Source of the DNA: Thraustochytrium aureum | Taxonomy: Eukaryota | Reading direction: 5' to 3' | DNA length: 20,000 bases | Assembly (NCBI GenBank): GCA_012862495.1 | Contig: BLSG01000090.1 | Coordinates: 181,888-201,887, forward strand | Notes under the pieces: generated by a model | What the model was told of the DNA's origin: nothing | Database searches by the model: none | Seen by the model: the letters and a program-made list of their open reading frames with translations, nothing else | Shown: piece by piece, positions 1 through 9,769 of the stretch | Position numbering within the stretch: position 1 is the stretch's first letter | Layout: each line of letters starts with the position of its first letter | Translations under genes and position numbers: made by a program

Positions 1-288
1 AGACGAACGAAAGGAAGAACCAACCGCCAAGGAAGGTCAGCAATCTGCCAATACAAATAGGTACAGAAACGACACGTGGGGCCTAAGAATGAGCTCCGGC
101 ACAATACCGATATAACTCCGTATTAGTTGTTAACATACATAGTATTTACTCCGATATCCCGCCGTCGCTCCCTGACGTTCTATTCTGCAAATTCTAAAAA
201 GGAATAGAAAGAACATTCCTGTTCGATGACGGTTGCGCGCTCGCGTGTGGGACGAGGAGCGTGGTGTCGTTTCCTCCTTCCGAGCACG

Positions 289-344
289 GGCAGGCAGGCA
301 CGCAGGCAGGCAGGCGGGCGGGCAGGCAGGCAGGCAGGCAGGCA
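289..344. repeat. Imperfect (GGCA)n tetranucleotide microsatellite upstream of the kelch/TPR gene
   Basis: About 14 GGCA/GGCG units read directly from the sequence. It produces the low-complexity ORFs (PACLPA, RQAG) in the ORF track. Confidence 0.9.
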
Positions 345-436
345 AGTGCGATCCGAGAGCGGCGGCACATCTCTCGCACCCTGCGCCCGCGCCTGGTGGT
401 GGTGCGCGAGGCAGGATGGCGCTGGCGCCGGAAGGC

Positions 437-2362
437 ATGGTCAAGCTCTACTTTGAGGAGATTCCTCCCCTGGAGGACGACGAGCAGGGCGTGTTTGTCG
501 TGGAAGAGCGCGAGGAGAGGCCACCGGCGCCGCCAATGTCGGCGCGGGACGCGGGGAACAGCGAGACTGTCACGCTCGAGCACGGCGGAGTGCTGCAGAA
601 CCTCGTGTTTGGAGCTGGCAAGTCGAAGGGGACGAAGACGAGGACGAGACCATCCGCGTCCCCGTGATCGCCAGCGTCTGGGACAGCGCATGGGAGGGCG
701 GAGCTGGCCAAGGGCCCGCGCCTCGCGGCGGCTCAGCCCTCGCACGCGCAGGACAGCATCTGTACGTTTTCGGCGGTGCTAGTCGCGATGGAACGCACTT
801 CAACGACCTTTGGCGAACGCTCGCTCCAGGCCGCCGAGCCAGCTCTCCACCAGACGAGTGGCTGCCAACCGCGGGGCAGCAACGCTGGGAGGAGGTGAGC
901 GCGCTGGCAAGCGGCACGCCGCCCTTGGCGCGCAGCGGGCACTCGCTCACCTCGGCAAAGGCAGCAAGCAACGACTGGAAGAGCTTCGTCTTTGGAGGCC
1001 TCAACGCCATCGAGCAGGCGGTATTTAACGACGTGCACGTGCTTTCCCACGCGAGTGACGGACGGCTCAGGTGGGCCCCTGCGGCGGTGCGCGGCGCGCC
1101 GCCCCAGCCGCGGACCGAGCACAGCGCGGTCCTCGNNNNNNNNNNNNNNNNNNNNNNNNNNNNNNNNNNNNNNNNNNNNNNNNNNNNNNNNNNNNNNNNN
1201 NNNNNNNNNNNNNNNNNNNNNNNNNNNNNNNNNNNNNNNNNNNNNNNNNNNNNNNNNNNNNNNNNNNNNNNNNNNNNNNCGAGATGTCCACGTCCTCGAC
1301 GTGCGCGCTGCGCTTGGCCTTGCAGACTGCGATGGCGCGCCTCTGTGTACTTGGTCGACCGTTCGCTGTGGCGGAGTGTCGCCCCCGCCGCGCGAGCTGC
1401 ACAGCGCCTGCGTTCTCGGCGCGCCCCAACAAGGGGATCTTGAGTTTGCTCACTACGGGCAGGACCCGCGCAGCGAGAGCGGGGAGGATACCGCGGCAGG
1501 GCAAGCAGAGCGCGAGGGCTTCGCGGAGGGCGTACGGCTCCGCGAGGCCGGCAACGCGCTTTTCGTGAAAGGGGACCTCGAGGCCGCGCTAGAGCTATAC
1601 TCCAGGTCTCTAGACGCAGACCCTTGCGCGTACTTGTCCTTGGGGAACCGCTCGGCGTGCCTGCTCAGGCTGGGGCAGCCCGAACGCGCCTTGCAGGACG
1701 CCTTGAGTGCTGTGCGGATCAACCCTGGCTGGGGCAAAGGCTACCTGCGCGAGGCCAGCGCGTGCCAAGCGCTCGGCGACAGGGACGCAGCGCTGAACGC
1801 CTTCAGAGCAGCGATCGAATGCGCCTCGTCAGACAGGGAGAGAGAAAGCGTCTTCAAGCTCTACCGCGCAGCCGCAGCGAAAGGCCCAGGCTCGCCGCGC
1901 CGCGAGAGCGAGGGGAAGCGCCAAGGAGGGAGCCAGCGGACAGGCACCTCTGGCCCTGCCATGGTTGTCTTTGGTGGGCGGGGCGAAGACGGCGTGCTCG
2001 AAGATGTTGCACTGCTCGACCTCGCCACAATGACGTGGCGAGGCGACCCGGAAGCGTCATCCTTTCCGCGATGCGGGCATTCCGCCACCGCACTTTCCAG
2101 GACACGCATGCTCGTGTTCGGGGGCTGGGACGGGGGCCAAGATGTTTACGGCACGGGCATGACGTTTGATGTCGAGAGCGAGATGTGGACAGAGTGCAAG
2201 GTTGATGCAACTGATGGAAAGGTACCAGTTCAGGTCGAAGGTCGCTTCTCCCACAGTGCGAGCGAAACAGGACTCGACGGGCAGGTGGCCATTTTCGGCG
2301 GCGTCAGCTTTGCGCGCGATCAGAGTAGCCTCGTCGTGCTGGACGTGCTTTCAGAAGACTGA
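437..2362 (+). CDS. Kelch-repeat beta-propeller protein with an inserted 3x TPR (STI1/Hop-like) domain; frame break near 610-625 and assembly gap at 1136-1279
   Basis: Kelch motifs PAPRGGSA..LYVFGG..HFNDLW, PLARSGHS..SFVFGG..FNDVHVL, PQPRTEHSA, PPPRELHSA..MVVFGG, FPRCGHSA..MLVFGG and GRFSHSA..VAIFGG. TPRs REAGNALFVKGDLEAALELYSRSL, LGNRSACLLRLGQPERALQDA and WGKGYLREASACQALG (about 1523-1830). ATG 437 (MVKLYFEEIPP...) joins the kelch frame (VEGDEDEDETIRVPVI) only via a -1 shift, so the start is less certain than the body. Confidence 0.85.
1136..1279. other. Assembly gap (Ns) inside the kelch/TPR gene
   Basis: Run of N. The coding frame differs on either side, so the gap length is probably only an estimate. 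Confidence 0.99.
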
Positions 2363-2437
2363 GGGTAGCCTTGCGTTTGGCAAAAGTGACACTAGCTAGA
2401 GAAGAGTACCGGAAAGGAAGGCACGGCAGTAGCTGGC

Positions 2438-3439
2438 TCAACTTTTTTCGCTTGCCGGGGGGGCGTCCTCGCCCGCGGCGCGCAGCGCACTCTCGCGTAG
2501 CGCCTTGCGGTCCCTGGCAGCCTGCGCAACGCGCTCTAGCGCGTCCATGTTTTCGGCACCTTGCCAGACGCGGGAAAATATCTCGCGCTCTTCAGCCAAG
2601 CACTCCGACATGCAGTGCGAGTCGTCGACGTACCCGATGAGGTGCTTGCTCTCCCGCACAGCGCCAGGGTACCGCGCCTCCAAGAAAGGGCGCATGAGCT
2701 GATGCGCGGCATCGTTGGCGTCCTTGCCAGGCTCGCCGACGCGGTCGGCGATGCCAAGCTCCAAGCACTCGGCGGCCGAAAGCCTCGGCGCGCCGCACAA
2801 GACGCGGATCGCATTGCGCCGGCCCAGCAAGCGGACAAGCCGCGAGCCCCCGCCCCAGCCAGGGATGAGCCCCAGAGTGGTTTGCACCATCTGGAACGTC
2901 GCGCCGTGCTGGAACACCCTAAAGTCGCACGAGAGCGCAAACTCTGTTCCGCCGCCCATGGCCCCGCCGTTCACAACAGCGACGCTAATTTGTGGTAGGG
3001 ACCGCATGCGGTGCAGTGTCGCCTGCATAAGCGCCGACATGCGCAGCCCGTCGTTCCTGGTGAAGTGGTCCTTGAGGACGCCAAGGTCTGCGCCAGAGCA
3101 GAAAAAATCGGGCGTGCCTTCCACGAAAAGCGCGCTCGTCGCCTTGAACTCGTCCGCAACAGCGAGCCGCTCAATTGCGTCATGCAGCTCAGCCATCATC
3201 TTTCCGGAGAACGCGTTCTTCTTGCCGGGGTTGCTCACAGACAGCCTCGCAGCGCGGTCGCCCTCTTTGCGCAGCGTGACTTGGCCCCCACCGATCGGCC
3301 TCAGCTTCTCAATCATCCCGCGCGTCTCCTCAGCGCGGGTCGCCTGCCGGTGCAGTCCTGCCGATCGCAAACGGCAAGGCATCCTGCTCCGCGCCGCCCC
3401 AGCTCGCGCGGCCGCCTCGCCGAGCGCCGAGGCCCACAT
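2438..3439 (-). CDS. ECHDC1: Ethylmalonyl-CoA decarboxylase-like protein (crotonase/enoyl-CoA hydratase superfamily), 333 aa
   Basis: Crotonase motifs NPGKKNAFSGKMM, FCSGADL, LPQISVAVVNGGAMGGGTEFALSCDFR and GLIPGWGGGSRLVRLLG. Subfamily-like segments EKLRPIGGGQVTLRKE, MQATLHRMRSLP and EEREIFSRVWQGAENMDAL match my recollection of ECHDC1. The second crotonase Glu is absent (MVQ), as in ECHDC1. Confidence 0.88.
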   Translation of the reverse strand: MWASALGEAAARAGAARSRMPCRLRSAGLHRQATRAEETRGMIEKLRPIGGGQVTLRKEGDRAARLSVSNPGKKNAFSGKMMAELHDAIERLAVADEFKATSALFVEGTPDFFCSGADLGVLKDHFTRNDGLRMSALMQATLHRMRSLPQISVAVVNGGAMGGGTEFALSCDFRVFQHGATFQMVQTTLGLIPGWGGGSRLVRLLGRRNAIRVLCGAPRLSAAECLELGIADRVGEPGKDANDAAHQLMRPFLEARYPGAVRESKHLIGYVDDSHCMSECLAEEREIFSRVWQGAENMDALERVAQAARDRKALRESALRAAGEDAPPASEKS

Positions 3440-4490
3440 CGCGCGTCAAGCCGCACGCTCAACGCTGCCAGGTTGCGCTCGCTCGCTAGCCAGAGGAGCA
3501 CGCCAGGAGGGGCCTACCTGGCTGGAGAGAGTGCCAAGGAGCCAAGCTAGCAGGAAGGCCCTGCCCGCGCGCACTTGCTCAATAGCGAGGGGCGGCTCGA
3601 TGCATTCCTGGGCCCGAGCTCGGTGCGCCCAGGCTCGTCGATCATCGATCATCTGTCGTCGTTGCAAGAGACGTCGGAAGAACAAAGCGAGCGACCCTCG
3701 CAGGACAGGCAACTTTCAATGAAGCGAGTCAAGCGACGAGCTCTGCGCCGGCGGAGCAAGACGTTGAAAAAGCCCGATGCGGTCAGAACCGTTGGCTGAA
3801 CGATTCGGCGGCGGCGGGGAGCGTGGACTCGCCGGGACCGAGGTTTGACTCGACGTCGTGCGGCTTGGAGGAGCAGGAGCGCAGCGAGGCGGCTTCCACG
3901 GCACGGAAAAAGCAATCGCATTCCGCTCAAAGCCTGCAACAGCGATGAGGCGAGCGAAGGCCACTCGAATGCGCAGCCACATGTCCAGCACGATTCGCCC
4001 ATCTTCGCTTGCGCATACCTACGGCCCAGTCTGGTTCATCCTGTCCAACGCCTACATTCCCCAGCAACGGTTTTTATTTCAACCGGGAGCGGTACATCGG
4101 CAGAGAGTGATGAATCCGATAGAGCGCCACACTCGCAGGGCAAGCATGTCGCGGCCGCCCCTGCGAGCCGTTGACAAGCTCCTGCGCAGCCTTGGCATGT
4201 GCCTCCAAGGCAAACCATGTCACATTCAGGTGACTGACCAGCCCTTCTCTAGAGACTCGGCGAGAGTCCTTCACGTCGGTGGAGTAAGTGATGAGGCTTG
4301 CGCCGAAAGGAAGACCAACATGTTCAAATCAACACGTTCAATCAACAAGCGCCCTGGCAGCGGCCTTCCTCGTGAGTCGCCACTGACCGCGTCTGCCAAA
4401 CGACTCTGCTGCGCCGCATTGTACGTAAATTGGAATGTAACCGCCGCCAAAAAGCACAAATGCACCGGTCAAGAGTCATCATTACCTCAC

Positions 4491-5140
4491 NNNNNNNNNN
4501 NNNNNNNNNNNNNNNNNNNNNNNNNNNNNNNNNNNNNNNNNNNNNNNNNNNNNNNNNNNNNNNNNNNNNNNNNNNNNNNNNNNNNNNNNNNNNNNNNNNN
4601 NNNNNNNNNNNNNNNNNNNNNNNNNNNNNNNNNNNNNNNNNNNNNNNNNNNNNNNNNNNNNNNNNNNNNNNNNNNNNNNNNNNNNNNNNNNNNNNNNNNN
4701 NNNNNNNNNNNNNNNNNNNNNNNNNNNNNNNNNNNNNNNNNNNNNNNNNNNNNNNNNNNNNNNNNNNNNNNNNNNNNNNNNNNNNNNNNNNNNNNNNNNN
4801 NNNNNNNNNNNNNNNNNNNNNNNNNNNNNNNNNNNNNNNNNNNNNNNNNNNNNNNNNNNNNNNNNNNNNNNNNNNNNNNNNNNNNNNNNNNNNNNNNNNN
4901 NNNNNNNNNNNNNNNNNNNNNNNNNNNNNNNNNNNNNNNNNNNNNNNNNNNNNNNNNNNNNNNNNNNNNNNNNNNNNNNNNNNNNNNNNNNNNNNNNNNN
5001 NNNNNNNNNNNNNNNNNNNNNNNNNNNNNNNNNNNNNNNNNNNNNNNNNNNNNNNNNNNNNNNNNNNNNNNNNNNNNNNNNNNNNNNNNNNNNNNNNNNN
5101 NNNNNNNNNNNNNNNNNNNNNNNNNNNNNNNNNNNNNNNN
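4491..5140. other. Assembly gap (650 N), probably hiding the 5' end of the AP2 gene
   Basis: Run of N. Confidence 0.99.
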
Positions 5141-5141
5141 C

Positions 5142-5678
5142 TTCGCGCCAGGCTTCGCCTTCTTCCACGCCCCTCAACTGGGCCAACCCACGTTTTTCAA
5201 GAACACCGTGCCAATGTCCAGAACATGCGTCCCTCACCGGGACACGGGAACAGAACAGCAAGCAAACACTCTCGCTGTGCCGTCATCATTCCAAGATGAG
5301 CAAACCAAGGCTTGGGCGGTTGAGAATCGGCCTGCAAAGCGCTCGAGGATTGATCCCAGCGAGCAGGAAGCTTGCACGAAACCCGCAAGGCAAGAGGTGC
5401 TCCGGCCCTTGCGAAAGCGCAAACAGAAGCGGAGCGCGTCGAGCAGCAAATACCGCGGCGTGAGCTGGCACAAGCGCGACCAGCGCTGGGTTGCTCGAGC
5501 GTGGGTTGGTGGGCGCATCAAGCACCTCGGCGCCTTCACGAAAGAGCAGGCGGCCGCGCTCGCTGTGGACGAGTGTATTTTGTTCTCATACGGCAATACG
5601 CCCGACATTGCGTTGAATTTCCCGACGGCGGAGGAGCGTGACGCCGTCCGAAAGACTTTGTTTCGTAGCAACGAATAA
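5142..5678 (+). CDS. AP2/ERF DNA-binding domain protein (putative transcription factor), 5'-partial
   Basis: SSKYRGVSWHKRDQRWVARAWVGGRIKHLGAFTKEQAAALAVD...LNFP matches the AP2 consensus (YRGV, W-A, LG-F, AA-A-D, LNFP). A basic NLS-like RKRKQKR lies immediately before it. The frame is open from the gap edge to TAA 5676-5678. Confidence 0.88.
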   Translation, partial: FAPGFAFFHAPQLGQPTFFKNTVPMSRTCVPHRDTGTEQQANTLAVPSSFQDEQTKAWAVENRPAKRSRIDPSEQEACTKPARQEVLRPLRKRKQKRSASSSKYRGVSWHKRDQRWVARAWVGGRIKHLGAFTKEQAAALAVDECILFSYGNTPDIALNFPTAEERDAVRKTLFRSNE

Positions 5679-6851
5679 GACTCCGGTCGAATCAGCCTGT
5701 GGGAGCTGTGCGCACTGCCAACCGAGCGTCAACACATCTAGAAAGCTTCAATCAAGTCGCTTGCTTCAAGAGGAGCGAGCTTGGAGGTGCAGGATGGCCT
5801 CCAAGGTCTCGAGCAGTGCAGTTTGGCTGGACGAATGACGTTTGCAAGTGCCCAGCAAGTGCCTTGAATTTGCGCGTGGCTCTGCTGCGGCGGGCTACGC
5901 GCTGTGATTCGCCCTTTCAAAGCGAAGGGCGCATTCCACGAGGCGGAGCAAATCAGCGAGACCAAACGGTGCGGTTGACGCCTTGCTGTGACTGTTTGAG
6001 CTTGAGTTTGCGAGCTGCAGCAAACCCAGCGGAAGACGTGTGGAGCAAGGAGCGGGAAAAGGTTACATCTGCATGGGTCAGACCCGTCCAAGCGGATATC
6101 AGCGTCCCTGCCGGCCGAGTCGAGTTGCGCATCCCGGACACCCACACATTTTTCAACCGTTGCCTCAATCTCGGCAGTCACACTGTTCAACTTTTGAAGG
6201 TCGGGCCTTTCGTGTCGACTTGCGTTGTGTATGTAGTAGAAACGCACCAACCACATAGAAAAGATGCTCATTGCTCGCGCGAGTAAGGTGGGTCGCGGCG
6301 CTGCGCTTCACAAAGCTGGAAAACAAACATAAATAAATGTAAGGTGGCGCTCCGGCAAGACCTTCTTGCCTTTCGCGATTCAAGCCGCTGGTGATTGGGC
6401 CCGCTCGCCAGCCAGCGGCTCGTGCCTTCGCATGCTTTCCGAGGAGGTTGCCCTGGTAAACTACTTTGATCGTCAGCAAATTTGTCATGGCCTCTGTGCC
6501 CACACGGAAAGGCTGTCATCCGTCAAGTTTTGCGCCGTCTGGGTAAACCGTTGATTCGTATTTGGATTCCTGCCCTCATGGGCTGGCCTAGGCCCTCTCC
6601 AGCGAGCCGCCTCCATGGTGCAGCGAGACGTCCCAGTTTCTGCTCCAAACCTCCATTCCTAACGCTTGGCCCAGCAATTCGTTCACCTTTTGGAAGTCGC
6701 TTTACTTTGGAAATATACCGGCAGCGTAGAGCACATGAACGTTGTTGCGCTTTCGAAGCCGCGAGCGTTGCGCTGCGCGGTGCCACTCGCGAATGGCGAT
6801 CGGCAATCTTGTCTTGGCAAGACCACCGATGCAATAGGTCTAACGGAATTT

Positions 6852-8721
6852 TCATTGCCTTTCAAGCTCAGTAAACTCGACTTCGCCCTGCACAAAGGTA
6901 TTCCAGACCACAGCATACTCAGGGGTGGCGAGGAAGCGCTGAAACGCGTCATGAAAAAGCATCGACAAAACCTCCTGCACAGCCTCGTCAAACATTCCTG
7001 GATGTAACAGAGTGGGTGTGGGCTTCCCAGCAAAGCTTGGAGCAGACGATATCTGCACATTCTCCGAGGTAACTGGGACGATCGACCCGAACTTTGCGGC
7101 AACACTTGGCAAAAAGGACCCGATGGTTCTCGCCGTTGCTGACGTTTTGGAGCCGGAAGGGGGCTCTCGTTTTATCGTGCTTTCAGGCGATCCTGCGAGC
7201 CAGCGGTGCTCGCGAAGCATTTGCGCGGGCAAGTTGACCTGGCTGGGCGAGTTGTCGGCCAAAAAGCGCGAGTAGATCTCGCCTGCGCGCTGCTTCATTG
7301 CGCCTTGGACACGATCGCCGCGGAGCGCGTAGATCACTGACTGAGAGAACTGGCGGAGTAGTTGCGCTTTTGAGTGACCTTTGGACACCCGAGCATTCCG
7401 AGTTGAGCGCGCCTTTGGCGCCGTTGCCTCCGGGTCGACGTTTGCGGGACCTTGCCCGCGACCTTCCTCGTCATCCAAAGCGGACGAAGCAGAAAAATCG
7501 CTTGCACGCGAGTTTATCGAGCTTGTTGACGAAGAAATGGACTCGCTGTTGCGCGCGGCATGCGCAAAGTCGCACTTGAACCGCAACACGTCAATAACAA
7601 ATTCGATGGCCTCATTGCACATTTCGCTCCGCAGGTGCCGCGACAAGCTTTCATACCCTTCCTTGGTGAGCACAAAGCGCAGCAAGCGTGACAAGCTTTC
7701 GTCGAGGGCAGACGCTGCCGTGGCGTCCTCGTTTGCACGGGCCCCGTCGAGTCGCATGCGATTCGCGAAAGCCATTGTGCGACGCTCCTCCCGAACTGCG
7801 GCGGCAGTTGGGCGCACTGCCATTTCAAACGTAATGCCTATTGTGGTGACTACGGCGCTTCCAAAAACGACCCGAATGGTAGCTAGGTCGAGGAGCAGCA
7901 TGACAAACAGCACCGAGTAAGCAGCGCTAAATATGATCGAGATGTTGCCGATGCGGGCCAACTGGGCCTTGATGCCCAACCGGTCGCCGCGCTGCTTTGC
8001 GAGCCTGCCGGTGTCTCTGGCCGGTCCATATATGGCGATAACTGTGGTCACGGTGCACAGGGACTGCGCGAAGACAGGGGCCAAAAACCACCGAGGGCTG
8101 AGCTCCAAGCACTCTTGGTGCGAATCGTTTGGCACTGTCGTGGAACCTTCCACATAGAACATGTATGGCAAGGTAAGAAGCCCCGCGGCGAGCGACAGAG
8201 CCCTTATGAACATCCGGATACGGTGCTCATAGTTTGGGTTTGTACGGGACAGATGCACAGTCCACGCGACGAACTCTCTTGCGCGAGTAAACTGGCAGTA
8301 AGAAGTAGGCCCGGCTCTGCGAATCCACCCCATCTGTGACACCTACCGCGTTCGGGGCTATCGTGACTGGAACGCATTCTCCTGCTGAGTTGTTGGCACT
8401 GTCTCGATTGAAAAGGCGGTGAAAGCGCAACGTGAACGGGACAGCCACTTCGCAGAGCAAATAATACACCGTCGTACTCGTGAGCGCGAGCAAATGACAT
8501 GATAGGAATGGCGTGTCCACGAGGCACATCGCGGAGAAGGCGCCGGCTAGGGCGAGCACGATGCACATACGAAGCGTCTCCTTTATCCCGCGCACGCGCA
8601 GCGCACGTAAGCACCGGTACTTGAAGAAGGCGCCTGCCGGCGCAAGGTGCAGGACGCCGACGACGATCGCGGCCGCAAGAGACGGCAGGCCCCGTGGGCC
8701 CGAGGTCTTGTCGTTTTCCAT
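6852..8721 (-). CDS. 7TM-RGS protein (seven-transmembrane domain fused to a regulator of G-protein signalling domain); exons 8721-8347 and 8291-6852, about 604 aa
   Basis: RGS motifs GYESLSRHLRSEMCNEAIEF, AGEIYSRFLADNSPSQVNLP and MFDEAVQEVLSMLFHDAFQRFLATPEY. Seven hydrophobic segments across ORFs 8227..8721 and 6852..8342, which a 55-nt GT-AG intron joins in frame. Confidence 0.87.
8292..8346 (-). other. Predicted 55-nt spliceosomal intron in the 7TM-RGS gene
   Basis: Minus strand reads GCG|GTAGGT...CTTCTTACTGCCAG|TTT. Removal gives ...TIAPNA|FTRAREF... in frame and connects the two ORFs. Confidence 0.7.
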
Positions 8722-9088
8722 TCTGCGTCTCGTCGCCGGGCGGCGCGCTTGCTCGACCGCGCCGTCTCGGGCGGTTCTGTCGAGCTAATGTGGATGTGAA
8801 CTCTGCGGCTTCTTGATTCACGACGCTCAGATAAATCCGTTTACAGTACGGCAAACCAAAAAAAACGCTATCAGAACGGCAGGTCGCCGTCGCGGCCGGC
8901 CGCACAACCAGACAGAAAAGGAAAGGCTGTAGGTTGTGCCGCACAGGCGGGCGACCCGTTTCCGCATCGAAAGCGAAGAAACTGACGCACGTCGCTAGTC
9001 AAGTGAGCCGAGTTGCGCCAATGAGAGAGCAGCTGGCAGTCTGGGAGCTCGACATGCGGCCACACCCCGCCCGTACAAGAATTCCGAA

Positions 9089-9769
9089 NNNNNNNNNNNN
9101 NNNNNNNNNNNNNNNNNNNNNNNNNNNNNNNNNNNNNNNNNNNNNNNNNNNNNNNNNNNNNNNNNNNNNNNNNNNNNNNNNNNNNNNNNNNNNNNNNNNN
9201 NNNNNNNNNNNNNNNNNNNNNNNNNNNNNNNNNNNNNNNNNNNNNNNNNNNNNNNNNNNNNNNNNNNNNNNNNNNNNNNNNNNNNNNNNNNNNNNNNNNN
9301 NNNNNNNNNNNNNNNNNNNNNNNNNNNNNNNNNNNNNNNNNNNNNNNNNNNNNNNNNNNNNNNNNNNNNNNNNNNNNNNNNNNNNNNNNNNNNNNNNNNN
9401 NNNNNNNNNNNNNNNNNNNNNNNNNNNNNNNNNNNNNNNNNNNNNNNNNNNNNNNNNNNNNNNNNNNNNNNNNNNNNNNNNNNNNNNNNNNNNNNNNNNN
9501 NNNNNNNNNNNNNNNNNNNNNNNNNNNNNNNNNNNNNNNNNNNNNNNNNNNNNNNNNNNNNNNNNNNNNNNNNNNNNNNNNNNNNNNNNNNNNNNNNNNN
9601 NNNNNNNNNNNNNNNNNNNNNNNNNNNNNNNNNNNNNNNNNNNNNNNNNNNNNNNNNNNNNNNNNNNNNNNNNNNNNNNNNNNNNNNNNNNNNNNNNNNN
9701 NNNNNNNNNNNNNNNNNNNNNNNNNNNNNNNNNNNNNNNNNNNNNNNNNNNNNNNNNNNNNNNNNNNNN
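9089..9769. other. Assembly gap (Ns) in the divergent intergenic region between the 7TM-RGS and lipase genes
   Basis: Run of N. Confidence 0.99.

Noticed and set aside
60..230. AT-rich tract with CACGTG and recurring CCGATAT as an RNA gene or transposon end
   Set aside because: No tRNA/snRNA fold, terminal inverted repeat or target-site duplication could be identified. It is probably ordinary promoter/intergenic DNA.
130..456. ORFs with PACLPA/RQAG repeats
   Set aside because: Translations of the GGCA microsatellite.
2715..3722. 335-aa plus-strand ORF
   Set aside because: Antisense to the ECHDC1-like gene, Ser/Arg/Ala-rich, no domain.
3858..5678. 606-aa ORF as a single AP2 protein
   Set aside because: It is an artefact of reading through 650 N. 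The pre-gap part (3858-4490) shows no motif or convincing codon bias, so only 5142-5678 was called.
8227..8346. Pseudogene or frameshift interpretation of the 7TM-RGS break
   Set aside because: A canonical 55-nt GT-AG intron restores the frame exactly.
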